Below are positions 49,778 through 59,303 of a DNA stretch of 64,000 bases, piece by piece. The stretch's first letter is position 1. Every line of letters starts with the position of its first letter. Made by a program: the position numbers and the translations under genes. Under the pieces are notes generated by a model. That model did no database searches. It was not told the origin of the DNA and saw nothing but the letters and a program-made list of their open reading frames with translations. The DNA comes from Bdellovibrionales bacterium. Lineage in GTDB: Bacteria; Bdellovibrionota; FAC87; UBA2466. Location of the stretch: contig SHZA01000003.1 of NCBI GenBank assembly GCA_009692515.1, forward strand, positions 11,966 to 75,965. Direction: 5' to 3'.

Positions 49778-50602
49778 TTAGGGAATTACAGTTTCAATAG
49801 ATTCTTTTTTTATCCATCCACCCATGGGTTGTAGAACCTGAACAAATTCGTTTTTATTGATGCCTAGCTCAATCATAGTTCCTGAAGGCAAAAGTGCTAA
49901 CTCTGCTGGGTTTCCTAATTTATCGAAGGCAAAAATAGGGACCTCTTTGTCTGCAGTGATTACCGCAATAGGGCCACCTAGTTGATGAATAACAATAAAG
50001 AAAATCATACCGATCCAACAAATAGAAATTCCAATAATAGAAAGTGGATGAATGGAGGTTTTATTTTTTCTGAATGTTAAAGTTCCAATGAGTATCCAGG
50101 CTCCTAAAAACCCCAAGAAAATTAAAAATCCTATAGGGGAAATCATTTTAAGAATGAAGGAGTTTCGGCTTGGAAGATTATCTCTAATACCTATCTCTTT
50201 TTGAAAGCTTTGTAGAAGCTTAATATCTGAATTCCTTTTTAGCGGAGAATTTCTTAGATTTAAACTAGTCAGTGCATAGACTACAGCTTGAGAGCGTTCC
50301 TTTAGCTGCCATGAGCAAAGAGATAGATTAAAGAAGGGCTCTGCAGATTGAATGCCTTCTTGGGATGTTAAATCCACCCAATGCTTAAGCAAGGCACAGG
50401 CCTCCTTCGGGGAATCTCTGTTAAGGGCATCTAGACTTTGAGACCAAGAATCATTTAAGGAGGGGCTACCTATGAGATTCTTGGTGAATAGAAAAAGGCA
50501 TACGACCGCGACAATCGTTAGCCCTCTGGCTAGAGCCAAAACAGGGTTAACCATGATTAAATTCCTTAGAACAGATTGTTCGGTGGTGAAATAACCGTGC
50601 AA
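49778..50602 (-). CDS. Hypothetical membrane protein (TM-anchored, C-terminal beta-rich domain)
   Basis: N-terminal and central hydrophobic helices; no clear family. Confidence 0.35.
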   Translation of the reverse strand: MHGYFTTEQSVLRNLIMVNPVLALARGLTIVAVVCLFLFTKNLIGSPSLNDSWSQSLDALNRDSPKEACALLKHWVDLTSQEGIQSAEPFFNLSLCSWQLKERSQAVVYALTSLNLRNSPLKRNSDIKLLQSFQKEIGIRDNLPSRNSFILKMISPIGFLIFLGFLGAWILIGTLTFRKNKTSIHPLSIIGISICWIGMIFFIVIHQLGGPIAVITADKEVPIFAFDKLGNPAELALLPSGTMIELGINKNEFVQVLQPMGGWIKKESIETVIP

Positions 50603-50632
50603 TTTTTTGATTATATTATTTAAAATAACTCG

Positions 50633-51133
50633 CTAGTAACGAATTTCGTATTTCTCTTCTAGCACCTGCACCAGCAATCTAAGCTCATTTAAGCGATCTT
50701 CAAGCTCATGATTGAGCTTTTGAAGTAACTTGATACGTTCGTCCTTTTCACTCAGTGCATGCTCAAAGGCATCTGACACCATGTGAATAGACTCTGCATC
50801 ATGTTCGAAGCGAATAATGTTTTCACGTTTTTCATGGTGAGTTGCATTCTTCGCTATCGCTGATTCATCGCTATATCTTCTAGTGGGAACCAAGGTAGGT
50901 ATTTTTATAGGTACCGGTTCCGCAGAAATAGTACTCATCTTTCTATTTTCAAAAAAGATGAAGTATTTTCCCTTTTCTAAACGATAAGCAATGGTGTTGC
51001 TTTTTATTTTTCGACGAATAGTGCTGAGAGAGATTCCACTTTTAACTGAATACTCAGTGAGTGGAAACCAATTTTCGCTACTCTCATTGCAAGTTTCTGG
51101 AACGTGCTGTGACATGAGAGCTCCTTCCGACAT
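50633..51133 (-). CDS. Hypothetical protein with putative helix-turn-helix and C-terminal coiled coil
   Basis: …LTEYSVKSGISLSTIRRKIKSNTIAY… HTH-like; C-terminal heptad repeats. Confidence 0.35.
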   Translation of the reverse strand: MSEGALMSQHVPETCNESSENWFPLTEYSVKSGISLSTIRRKIKSNTIAYRLEKGKYFIFFENRKMSTISAEPVPIKIPTLVPTRRYSDESAIAKNATHHEKRENIIRFEHDAESIHMVSDAFEHALSEKDERIKLLQKLNHELEDRLNELRLLVQVLEEKYEIRY

Positions 51134-51241
51134 GTTTTAATTATAGCCTAGAGTAGAGAACTTAGAAATATGGTAGAATTATTAAATAAGAGGTTTTCCC
51201 CTCTTCAATATCTCACACCGTACCAATTTTTATAGAGGCCT

Positions 51242-51616
51242 ATGTATAAAACAATATTTAAGTACGTTTTCATTGTGTGCGCCGTGTTGAGCTTTGGCCA
51301 ATTGAAAATTAGTGAGAAAGAAATAGGTAACTACTTTGTTTCTGGCGTGAAGGCTTTTGCAATTTGGAGTGCTGCAAAAATAGCAGAGAGTCCCTGGGTG
51401 GCAAAAGTGATTCAGCCCACAGGACTTACCGGTTGGTTCCCATTAGGCGAAATGAATAAGAAGCGAGTTCCCAGTATCAAAGAAATACGAGGTGGTGTTG
51501 GGGGCTCTCAGTTGGCACCTGATCTTGAAAGTGAAACCGAGAATGAATTTAGCGAAGAATTTTCTGAAGAAGAAATCGAATCGGAAGATGATGCCGTAAT
51601 GGCGATTCTTCCTTAG
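51242..51616 (+). CDS. Small secreted protein with highly acidic C-terminal tail
   Basis: Signal peptide; C-terminus ESETENEFSEEFSEEEIESEDD. Confidence 0.4.
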   Translation: MYKTIFKYVFIVCAVLSFGQLKISEKEIGNYFVSGVKAFAIWSAAKIAESPWVAKVIQPTGLTGWFPLGEMNKKRVPSIKEIRGGVGGSQLAPDLESETENEFSEEFSEEEIESEDDAVMAILP

Positions 51617-51624
51617 AGGTAATC

Positions 51625-52176
51625 ATGGAAAACACTGAAAAAACTGAATTTATTAATCGAAGAAGAGAACATCGCCTTCCTTATTTTGAAAAGATAATTT
51701 TTAGTAATGGAAAAAATCATCTCACAGCTCACCCGATTAATATTAGTCGCGGAGGACTATTTGTTACTACCCTAGATTCCATGCCGCTTGAAACGATGGG
51801 ATACTTAGTTTTTATGCTTACTAGCCACTCTAGAAGTATATCGATTAAAGCTAGAGTGGCTCATATTGTATATGACAAACAAAGGTGCGAAGTGGAATGT
51901 GGTATGGGGTTACAATTTTTAGATATCACCCAGACACAGTTAAACCTGTTAAATCTTCATATTTTAAATGATCAAAATAATTATCTGGAATTAAGAGAGG
52001 CTTTAAAAGATGAAAAGCCCAATTTTATGACGGTAAGTAGAATTAAAAGCAAATTACCAGGACTAGATAAGTATGATCTTCTGGGGCTTCGCTACCGCAT
52101 CAATCGTATTTGTACCCTATTTGATAATCCGCCTCTAGCCGAGACAACTCCGATCCCTCTAAGTCGAGTGGGTTAA
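51625..52176 (+). CDS. PilZ-domain protein (putative c-di-GMP receptor)
   Basis: RxxxR (RREHR) and N/DxSxxG (NISRGG) motifs at correct spacing. Confidence 0.65.
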   Translation: MENTEKTEFINRRREHRLPYFEKIIFSNGKNHLTAHPINISRGGLFVTTLDSMPLETMGYLVFMLTSHSRSISIKARVAHIVYDKQRCEVECGMGLQFLDITQTQLNLLNLHILNDQNNYLELREALKDEKPNFMTVSRIKSKLPGLDKYDLLGLRYRINRICTLFDNPPLAETTPIPLSRVG

Positions 52177-52190
52177 TATTCAACCCACTC
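52166..52190 (+). other. 9-bp perfect stem-loop (GAGTGGGTT-aatattc-AACCCACTC) spanning the PilZ stop codon
   Basis: Read directly from sequence; not followed by a U-tract. Confidence 0.45.
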
Positions 52191-52490
52191 CAATTCAAGA
52201 GAACACAAAGGGTGCGGTGGCTTTTTCACTGTACAATTTTTTGACAGCTGCACAGTAAAAAAAAAAGACAGGGCGACTAACTAACCTATTGAAATAAAGC
52301 TGGAATTTGAGGTGCCTGTTAAGCTGTTGTCTTGAAGTGTAAAACTGTCTGGTTTTTTTTCACTTAAGTTGATTCTCCCGACTACAAAAAGAACACGTCA
52401 TTTTTCTAAGGGGTTAATCCATTGTTATAAAGATGGACCTATCTTTGCAATATAAAACTATCGAGACGATTTATAGTTTGGGAGAGATTT

Positions 52491-52958
52491 ATGAAGGGAA
52501 AGTTAATAAATATAATGCGTAGATGGTGGTTGATGGCTTTAGTTTCGACTTTAGCTCTTTCTCTTACCAGTTGTGCCAAACGCAAAAATTATAATCTAAA
52601 TGGGGCCTATGGTTACGTTCAATGTGATGGGAATAACTGGAGCTTTGACGTTTATACTTTTCGTTCTCAGTCACAAAATGGCGCCTATGATTTAGTTATC
52701 ATACCAGTTTCTATAGATACTCCAGGGGATATTGCATCTATTACCATTGCTAATTCCAACCAAGCTTACAAGCAATTGGTATCTCAAATTGTTTTAAATC
52801 CAGACCAGGAGATTAGTGCTGGAACCTTGAGTTCGGCCGATTTTAATAACTATCCAATTTTAGCTATTACCCCTTATGATCCTAGTAGCAGCTTTGTATC
52901 TCAAAATTCTGTTAAGTCTACTTTCTGTCAAATTCCTGCTCCAGGAGATGGAATTTAA
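52491..52958 (+). CDS. Hypothetical lipoprotein
   Basis: Signal peptide with lipobox LTSCAK. Confidence 0.4.
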   Translation: MKGKLINIMRRWWLMALVSTLALSLTSCAKRKNYNLNGAYGYVQCDGNNWSFDVYTFRSQSQNGAYDLVIIPVSIDTPGDIASITIANSNQAYKQLVSQIVLNPDQEISAGTLSSADFNNYPILAITPYDPSSSFVSQNSVKSTFCQIPAPGDGI

Positions 52959-53021
52959 CAGAATCGGTTAGGGTAATAGACTTCACTATTTAAATCCCAC
53001 TGCGGGTTAACCCATTACCAC

Positions 53022-54830
53022 CTAGGTAGTTTTTGGTATTTCTTTCTGAATAATTTTTAGTCCTAATTCGGTGAGCTGAACAGGATCCACTACAGATGGC
53101 GCTTCACTCATCGAACAACTAGCCTTTTGAGTTTTGGGAAACGCAATTACATCTCTGATCGCATCAGTTCCAGCAAGTAACATTGCAATTCTATCAACGC
53201 CTAAAGCAATTCCTCCATGAGGAGGAGTTCCATATTGAAGTGCCTTTAGGAAAAATCCAAACTTTACCTTGGCTTCATCAGGACCAATACCTAAGACATC
53301 GAACATTCTTGACTGTACTTCGGGATTATAGATTCTTAAACTTCCCCCGCCAATTTCAAACCCATTCCAAACAAGATCGTAGGCACAGGCGCGAACGGCA
53401 GCTAAACTACTTTTGTCATTTTTTTCTAAAAATAGATGTAAATCTTCTGGATGAGGTCGAGTAAAGGGATGATGAGCTGCATAGAATCTTTTGTCTTCAT
53501 CATTGAATTCCAAAAGAGGAAAATCGGTGACCCATAAAAAAGCATTTCGACTTTCATCTGTGTAGCCGAATCGTTTTCCATAATCTAATCGTAAAGCACT
53601 AAGTGAATTATTCACCATCGTATCTTTTCCACACATCAGAAAAAGCATCGCGGGTTTATTAAATGACAGTTTTTCTTCAATCTCTTTTTTAAGTCCTTCA
53701 TCAAAAAACTTGGCCTGCGGGGATTGCCAATCACCAGGCCCTTTGATTCTGATCCAAGTGATTCCTCTTGCACCGAATGGGGCTACTTTTTTTAACAGGC
53801 CATCTAGTTCACTACGGGATAAAGACTCTTTTTCTTCAAAGCATAATCCTTTTAAAATTCCGCCTTCAGCTAAAGCCGTTTGGTAAACTTGAAAAGTACT
53901 TTTTTTCCCTAGTTCAGTTAGATCTACCAATTCGAGTGAGTTTCTTAAATCGGGTTTATCGCTTCCAAATCTATCCATAGCCTCTTGATATTTAAGCCTT
54001 TGAAAAGGAACAGAGATCTCCTTTTTTAATACTTCAAGCAGTACCTTTTGCATCATTGTTTCATGAAGAGTTTGAATGTCATTTTCATCAACAAATGACA
54101 TTTCTACGTCGATTTGAGTGAATTCTGGCTGGCGATCTGCTCGTAAATCTTCATCTCTAAAACAACGAGCAATTTGAACGTAACGATCTAATCCGCCAAT
54201 CATACAAAGTTGTTTTAGGGTCTGAGGTGACTGAGGAAGTGCATAGAAAAGCCCGGGGTGTACTCGACTAGGAACTAAATAATCCCTAGCTCCTTCTGGA
54301 GTACTCTTGTAAAGAATAGGAGTTTCTATTTCCCAGAAATTATTTTGAGCATAAAACTCTCTGGCTGAGCGTAAAAAATCATGACGTATTTTTAGGTTTT
54401 TCTGCAATCCTTTTTTTCTTAATTCTAAGTAACGATAGTTGAGCCTTAGGCTTTCATCGACCTCGCCTGCATTGGGACTATCCTCGTGTAGAGAGAATGG
54501 AAGTTGTGTCGCCTTATTTAAAAGCTCTAGGTGAGAGACTAGAACTTCAATTTCACCCGTGGGTAAATTTACATTTTTCATCCCCTCGGGCCGTGTTCTT
54601 ACTGTGCCTGAAATGGCAATTACATATTCTTGTCGAAGAGTACCTGCGATATCCATCGGAGAGGTTTCTGGATCGAAAACGATTTGAGTAATTCCCTCTC
54701 TATCTCTGATATCGATAAAGACAACCCCGCCATGATCTCTCCACCGATCTACCCAGCCACAAAGAGTAACCTCTTGACCTGCTAGAGAGCTATTTAAATG
54801 TCCACAGTAATGAGTACGTTTAAGGTTCAC
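53022..54830 (-). CDS. aspS: Aspartate--tRNA ligase
   Basis: Class II aaRS; OB-fold N-terminus, FIDIRDREG, bacterial insertion domain; ~600 aa. Confidence 0.9.
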   Translation of the reverse strand: MNLKRTHYCGHLNSSLAGQEVTLCGWVDRWRDHGGVVFIDIRDREGITQIVFDPETSPMDIAGTLRQEYVIAISGTVRTRPEGMKNVNLPTGEIEVLVSHLELLNKATQLPFSLHEDSPNAGEVDESLRLNYRYLELRKKGLQKNLKIRHDFLRSAREFYAQNNFWEIETPILYKSTPEGARDYLVPSRVHPGLFYALPQSPQTLKQLCMIGGLDRYVQIARCFRDEDLRADRQPEFTQIDVEMSFVDENDIQTLHETMMQKVLLEVLKKEISVPFQRLKYQEAMDRFGSDKPDLRNSLELVDLTELGKKSTFQVYQTALAEGGILKGLCFEEKESLSRSELDGLLKKVAPFGARGITWIRIKGPGDWQSPQAKFFDEGLKKEIEEKLSFNKPAMLFLMCGKDTMVNNSLSALRLDYGKRFGYTDESRNAFLWVTDFPLLEFNDEDKRFYAAHHPFTRPHPEDLHLFLEKNDKSSLAAVRACAYDLVWNGFEIGGGSLRIYNPEVQSRMFDVLGIGPDEAKVKFGFFLKALQYGTPPHGGIALGVDRIAMLLAGTDAIRDVIAFPKTQKASCSMSEAPSVVDPVQLTELGLKIIQKEIPKTT

Positions 54831-56091
54831 GGTGCGTCCTCCTTAAGAGTTCTGCTGAGAGTGATACTATTGGGATGTTTTCTTGAGTTCCCAATTTCAT
54901 ATCTTTCAAAATAGAAATTCCGGTTTTAAGTTCTTCATCGCCGAGCAGGAGACTGTAGTGGGCATTAACTCTATTGGCCTGTTTCAAAAGCCATTTAAGT
55001 CCTTTAGATTTATCATAGGAGATTTCACACCAGATACCCTGCCGTTTTAAATGTAAACTTAAGGGATAGAGAAATTCGAATGCTTTTTCGCCAAGAGGAG
55101 CCAAGAAAAAAGTGGGAGTCGATGTGGCCTTTGGCAGGTTTTGCTTTTCAGCTAAAGCAATCATTAAGCGTTCCATACCTAGACCAAATCCCACCGCTGG
55201 AAATGGGGTTTCTCCGAAACGTGCAGAGAGACCATCATACCTACCCCCACCCCCTAAAGCATCCTGGGCTCCTAGTAATTGTGAGGTAAACTCAAAAGCA
55301 CTGCGAGAGTAATAATCTAACCCTCTAACAATGTAAGGGTCCTCTTCGAAAGTGACCTTCGCCTGGGTTAAGCAGGTTTTAAATCTATCGTGATGAGTCT
55401 TGCATTCTATGCAAAGCGCATGAGTAATCAGTGGAGCTGCTTTAGCAATCTCACGACAGCCTTCTCTCTTACAGTCTAAGATGCGCATGGGCGACCTGTG
55501 AAATCGTTTTTGACATTGTTCACATAGATTAGTTAGGTGTGGTTGAAAAAAATCTTTAAGTTTGTCTTTGTAAGTAGGTCGACATTGTAAGCAACCCACA
55601 CTATTAATCCGCACGCGGTACTCGCTGATTCCGAGACTTTGGTAAATTTGATCTAGGAGACAAATTAATTCAGCATCCGCCTCTGGAGAAGGGTCGTTAA
55701 TGAGTTCAGCACCAAATTGATGAAATTGTCTGAGGCGGCCTTTTTGAGGGCGTTCATGACGAAACATCGGGAGATAATAATAGAATCTAGCTGGCTGTCC
55801 GGTAATGTGAAGTTTGTGTTCTAAAACAGCACGCATAAAAGAGGCGGTTCCTTCGGGCCGAAGGACATAGGTTTCAGAATCGGTGATTACCTGGTACATC
55901 TGTTTTTCTACGATGTCGGTTTCATCGCCTACAGTACCACTAAAGACCTCTAACTTTTCTAAAACGGGTGTTCTGATTTCCTGATAGCCAAAGGACTCAA
56001 ATACTTTGCGGATTTTATTTTCCACATGAACCCATTGGTGAATCTCTTCACCCAAAAGATCATTCATGCCTCTGACACTTCGAATTTCCAA
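54820..56091 (-). CDS. hisS: Histidine--tRNA ligase
   Basis: Class II motifs and HisRS architecture; ~420 aa. Confidence 0.9.
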   Translation of the reverse strand: MEIRSVRGMNDLLGEEIHQWVHVENKIRKVFESFGYQEIRTPVLEKLEVFSGTVGDETDIVEKQMYQVITDSETYVLRPEGTASFMRAVLEHKLHITGQPARFYYYLPMFRHERPQKGRLRQFHQFGAELINDPSPEADAELICLLDQIYQSLGISEYRVRINSVGCLQCRPTYKDKLKDFFQPHLTNLCEQCQKRFHRSPMRILDCKREGCREIAKAAPLITHALCIECKTHHDRFKTCLTQAKVTFEEDPYIVRGLDYYSRSAFEFTSQLLGAQDALGGGGRYDGLSARFGETPFPAVGFGLGMERLMIALAEKQNLPKATSTPTFFLAPLGEKAFEFLYPLSLHLKRQGIWCEISYDKSKGLKWLLKQANRVNAHYSLLLGDEELKTGISILKDMKLGTQENIPIVSLSAELLRRTHREP

Positions 56092-56375
56092 ATTTCCCCC
56101 TTAACGACATAGGAAACATAACATCGAAGCCATTATCTGAAAACTATTGAATCAAATTTATGACTAGTTGACAGACGAAATTGGCTAAAGATCTGACATC
56201 TCAGCAAAGAGGTGTTTCCCATATTAAAACCATGAATCGAAAGCTCTTCTGAATCCCTCTGTATACTGCCTAGTCAGCTGGGGAGAGTCCCAGAAAAGAA
56301 TTTAAGGCTAGATATCCCCCCTCTTTTTAGGCCCCATCCGTGCACTATTTAGGTCCATCAAGCTAAGTACGGCAA

Positions 56376-57929
56376 TTGGAATTTATCATTATGAGATTTA
56401 CAGTTTTTGACATGATAGTACGACTAGTAGGGGTGCTTTCTTTTTTGACCTTGATGAGTTGTGGGAGATTAGTCACCGAATGCGGTGGGACTCCACTTAA
56501 TATCTCTCATCTAACCCAAATTCAACGAGCCGCCTTTACTTCAAACACCAAAGCCTCTCTTGTTATTCCGAATCCTCTGGATGCTACAGGAAATATTGGT
56601 ATTCAGTCTATGGACTCTTCTTTAATAAATGCTTTGAGTGACCTTTTTCTTCCTAACCTATCTGCAGGAAGCCGTCTGGAGAATAATTTTTTAAAGGTTA
56701 GAATTAACTCGATTAATGATTCTCCTGAAATTTTAGCGACTCCAAATTCAAATGGGCAATATGCGTTTCCGATCACCGACATCCATTACGGAGAAACCAT
56801 GGCCTACCATAGTATGAATGCGATCCAGACCTATGTGGAGGCACTGGGATTTCAAACCAATAAAGCCCGTCCACTTTTTGTTATGGTAAATGCTACTGGC
56901 TCGACAAATAACCCTGAAGAGGTAAATGCTTTTTATAGTCATAATTACTTCGATACTACAGCGCCAAGAACGCTAAAAATATATGGAGACACCGCCTTTT
57001 CGCCCAGACAAGACCGAGATATCTACTGGCATGAGTTTGGCCATTATTTATTAGAGAGTTTAACTTCTGATAGAGGGGTTGATTTTGCGGGGGATTCGGG
57101 ATCAATATTTTCGGAAGGTGCGGCGATCCATGAGTGTATTGCTGATTATGGAGCTGAGAGTCTGTCGGGAAGGGGATATCTTGGCAGATGGATCGCTAGA
57201 AATTTTTCAGAATTTACAGCCGGATCACCTTTGAGATCTGCAGAAGATAAAAATGATGATTTTAACAACTTCAGTAAGGTGGCCACCTTTGATTCTACGA
57301 AAAAAAATCTTAATCGCTATAGAATTGGAGAATGGTGCACCCGGGTACTCTGGGATATTCGTCGTCAAATAGTGCAGGAAAATTCGAACGAGGGGAGATT
57401 CTATGCAGATCGGATGATCTTTGCAGCCGCTTCACTTCTTAAGAGAGATACCTCTGTTACCTCATTGAAAAGCGCCCTTCTTCAGGCGGATGAACAGCTC
57501 AACTGTGGAATTCATAGTCATTCGGTAAAAAATGCTTTCGAGTCGAGGGGATTTTCATCCGATATTCCCGCTCTTGCTTTACCCTTAAAACTTAAGGCCT
57601 CTATCGTTTGGCTACGAGATGAAAGGGGACAACTAACACGAGAGTTTTCAGTTAGTTTTATTCTCACAAATCCCAATTCAGATAGAGCACGAAATGTCAG
57701 ATTAATTCTGGAGTCTACCGATGCTAGAATTTCTCCGGTGGTGTATCAGCAGTCTTATGGGGATTTGGGTTCTGGAAAAACTGTCAGCGTGGGAGGCAAT
57801 AGCTCTCTACCCATCGATTACTCTGTGGTGGGATCGGTAGCGCCCAATCAGAACTATCAAGGCGCTCCATTTAATTTGAGAATAAAAAGTGAGAATGCTC
57901 CCGATGCAATCATCCCGGGGGTCTTATGA
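56376..57929 (+). CDS. Secreted/lipoprotein zinc metallopeptidase, thermolysin-like (M4-like) catalytic core
   Basis: Signal peptide with LMSC lipobox; HEFGH (HEXXH) followed ~30 aa later by GAAIHECIADYG resembling the M4 third-ligand NEAxSD segment. Confidence 0.55.
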   Translation: MEFIIMRFTVFDMIVRLVGVLSFLTLMSCGRLVTECGGTPLNISHLTQIQRAAFTSNTKASLVIPNPLDATGNIGIQSMDSSLINALSDLFLPNLSAGSRLENNFLKVRINSINDSPEILATPNSNGQYAFPITDIHYGETMAYHSMNAIQTYVEALGFQTNKARPLFVMVNATGSTNNPEEVNAFYSHNYFDTTAPRTLKIYGDTAFSPRQDRDIYWHEFGHYLLESLTSDRGVDFAGDSGSIFSEGAAIHECIADYGAESLSGRGYLGRWIARNFSEFTAGSPLRSAEDKNDDFNNFSKVATFDSTKKNLNRYRIGEWCTRVLWDIRRQIVQENSNEGRFYADRMIFAAASLLKRDTSVTSLKSALLQADEQLNCGIHSHSVKNAFESRGFSSDIPALALPLKLKASIVWLRDERGQLTREFSVSFILTNPNSDRARNVRLILESTDARISPVVYQQSYGDLGSGKTVSVGGNSSLPIDYSVVGSVAPNQNYQGAPFNLRIKSENAPDAIIPGVL

Positions 57930-58627
57930 ATCCTAAAATAAAGAGAATTAAAATCTTCTGGGGGATGATGATAGTATTTTGCGTATTGAGTCTCTCTTTT
58001 TTCTCAGATTCCAGGGCTATCGGCATTCCATTAAAGGCCAAGAGGGTTTTTGACGGCCTAACGGGGGGGCTTATCACAAAAACCAACCTCGAACTATTTA
58101 TAGACCCACCTTTGCAAACCGCAGTGAATTTCGATGCTTTGCAGCTGGCAAATCAATTTATTATTGATAACCCGGGTCTGTTTTCCATTAAATCTTACCA
58201 TCAACTTAAGGGTGAAACTTATGAAAATCCTTTGGGAACTAGAGTGAACTATCAAGTTTTTCAAAATGGGACTCCGATTTTAGGATTTACAATTCAACTG
58301 ACGGTAGGTGTGGATCACCAAGTTTCAATTGTCTCTAATGAATATCATCCCATTGAAAGAGTAGAGATGGATGAAAGGTATTTTTTGTCGGTAAATGAGA
58401 TTTTAGAAGAGCATAATCAAAGATTTAAACTTTCAGTAGCTGACGAAGATGAAGGGCGGGAATCACATATTATTATTGTTGGTCCTAGCTACGCTAAAGC
58501 TGAGATGGGTACTGTAGTTTCAGTAATTGAAGTTGGCTCTAAGCAAAAAGCTCCGATTGAGGCGGTTTTTAGTTCGAAGAGTGGACAACTTCTAGCTCGT
58601 CGTGTGGCAAAATCGGAATTTCATTAA
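57926..58627 (+). CDS. Secreted protein overlapping the metallopeptidase gene (possible propeptide/PepSY-like partner)
   Basis: Signal peptide; ATGA overlap with upstream protease gene; beta-rich ~200-aa domain; family assignment weak. Confidence 0.35.
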   Translation: MNPKIKRIKIFWGMMIVFCVLSLSFFSDSRAIGIPLKAKRVFDGLTGGLITKTNLELFIDPPLQTAVNFDALQLANQFIIDNPGLFSIKSYHQLKGETYENPLGTRVNYQVFQNGTPILGFTIQLTVGVDHQVSIVSNEYHPIERVEMDERYFLSVNEILEEHNQRFKLSVADEDEGRESHIIIVGPSYAKAEMGTVVSVIEVGSKQKAPIEAVFSSKSGQLLARRVAKSEFH

Positions 58628-58705
58628 GTTGAACCAATCGCATCTAGTTCATGAAAAATAACAACTGAGTAAAACTAAGAAGTGGTTTCACTCAGTTGTA
58701 ATTAT

Positions 58706-59278
58706 TTATTTATTTCTAAGAGCGATCGCATCTTTAGGGATCTCTCTTGGACTTGAATTTCTATCGGTAAATAATCTTACATAGACCGATTCCCTCACAA
58801 TTTTTTCTTGGGCTATACCTTGTTCTGCTTGAATACTGGCATCGGTATGACAAATATAACCTCTATTAAACTGAGAAAGTTGTTCGGCTGAGAACTCACA
58901 GGGTGAAATAGTGACTCCTGATCTTAAGATGGAAACTGTAAATTTAGTAGAGTCGCTCTGTACAAAGGCCCATGGGATTTCGAAGGTGCGATTAATTTCT
59001 TGGCTTTGTCCATTAGCGATGGGCCAACGGCGTCCTTCTTCTGGTAGAGTTATTTTATTTCCATCGGCGAACGAAATCTCAAGTCTTGCATTAAAGGTTT
59101 TGTCTAAGGCTCTTCCGGAGGTTTCTAAATTATATTTTTGAATGGTAATAAATGTTCTAAATGGTTTTATTTCGGTGATTACCCCTGTAATGGGCTCTGC
59201 GGATTGCGTCTCAGCGTGTGCTGTAATGTTGAGGCCAGTTGCGATGATTAGGCCCAATAAAAAACTAGCTAGTGACAT
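58706..59278 (-). CDS. Hypothetical secreted protein
   Basis: Signal peptide MSLASFLLGLIIATGLNITAHA; no family recognised. Confidence 0.4.
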   Translation of the reverse strand: MSLASFLLGLIIATGLNITAHAETQSAEPITGVITEIKPFRTFITIQKYNLETSGRALDKTFNARLEISFADGNKITLPEEGRRWPIANGQSQEINRTFEIPWAFVQSDSTKFTVSILRSGVTISPCEFSAEQLSQFNRGYICHTDASIQAEQGIAQEKIVRESVYVRLFTDRNSSPREIPKDAIALRNK

Positions 59279-59303
59279 GGTTTCTCCTCATAATAAACTA
59301 AAT

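Noticed and set aside
52990-53021. GGGTTAACCC 10-bp palindrome downstream of aspS, considered as a terminator
   Set aside because: It is a short palindrome without an adjacent U-tract on the relevant strand. It is more likely chance (it contains an HpaI-like site), so it was not called.
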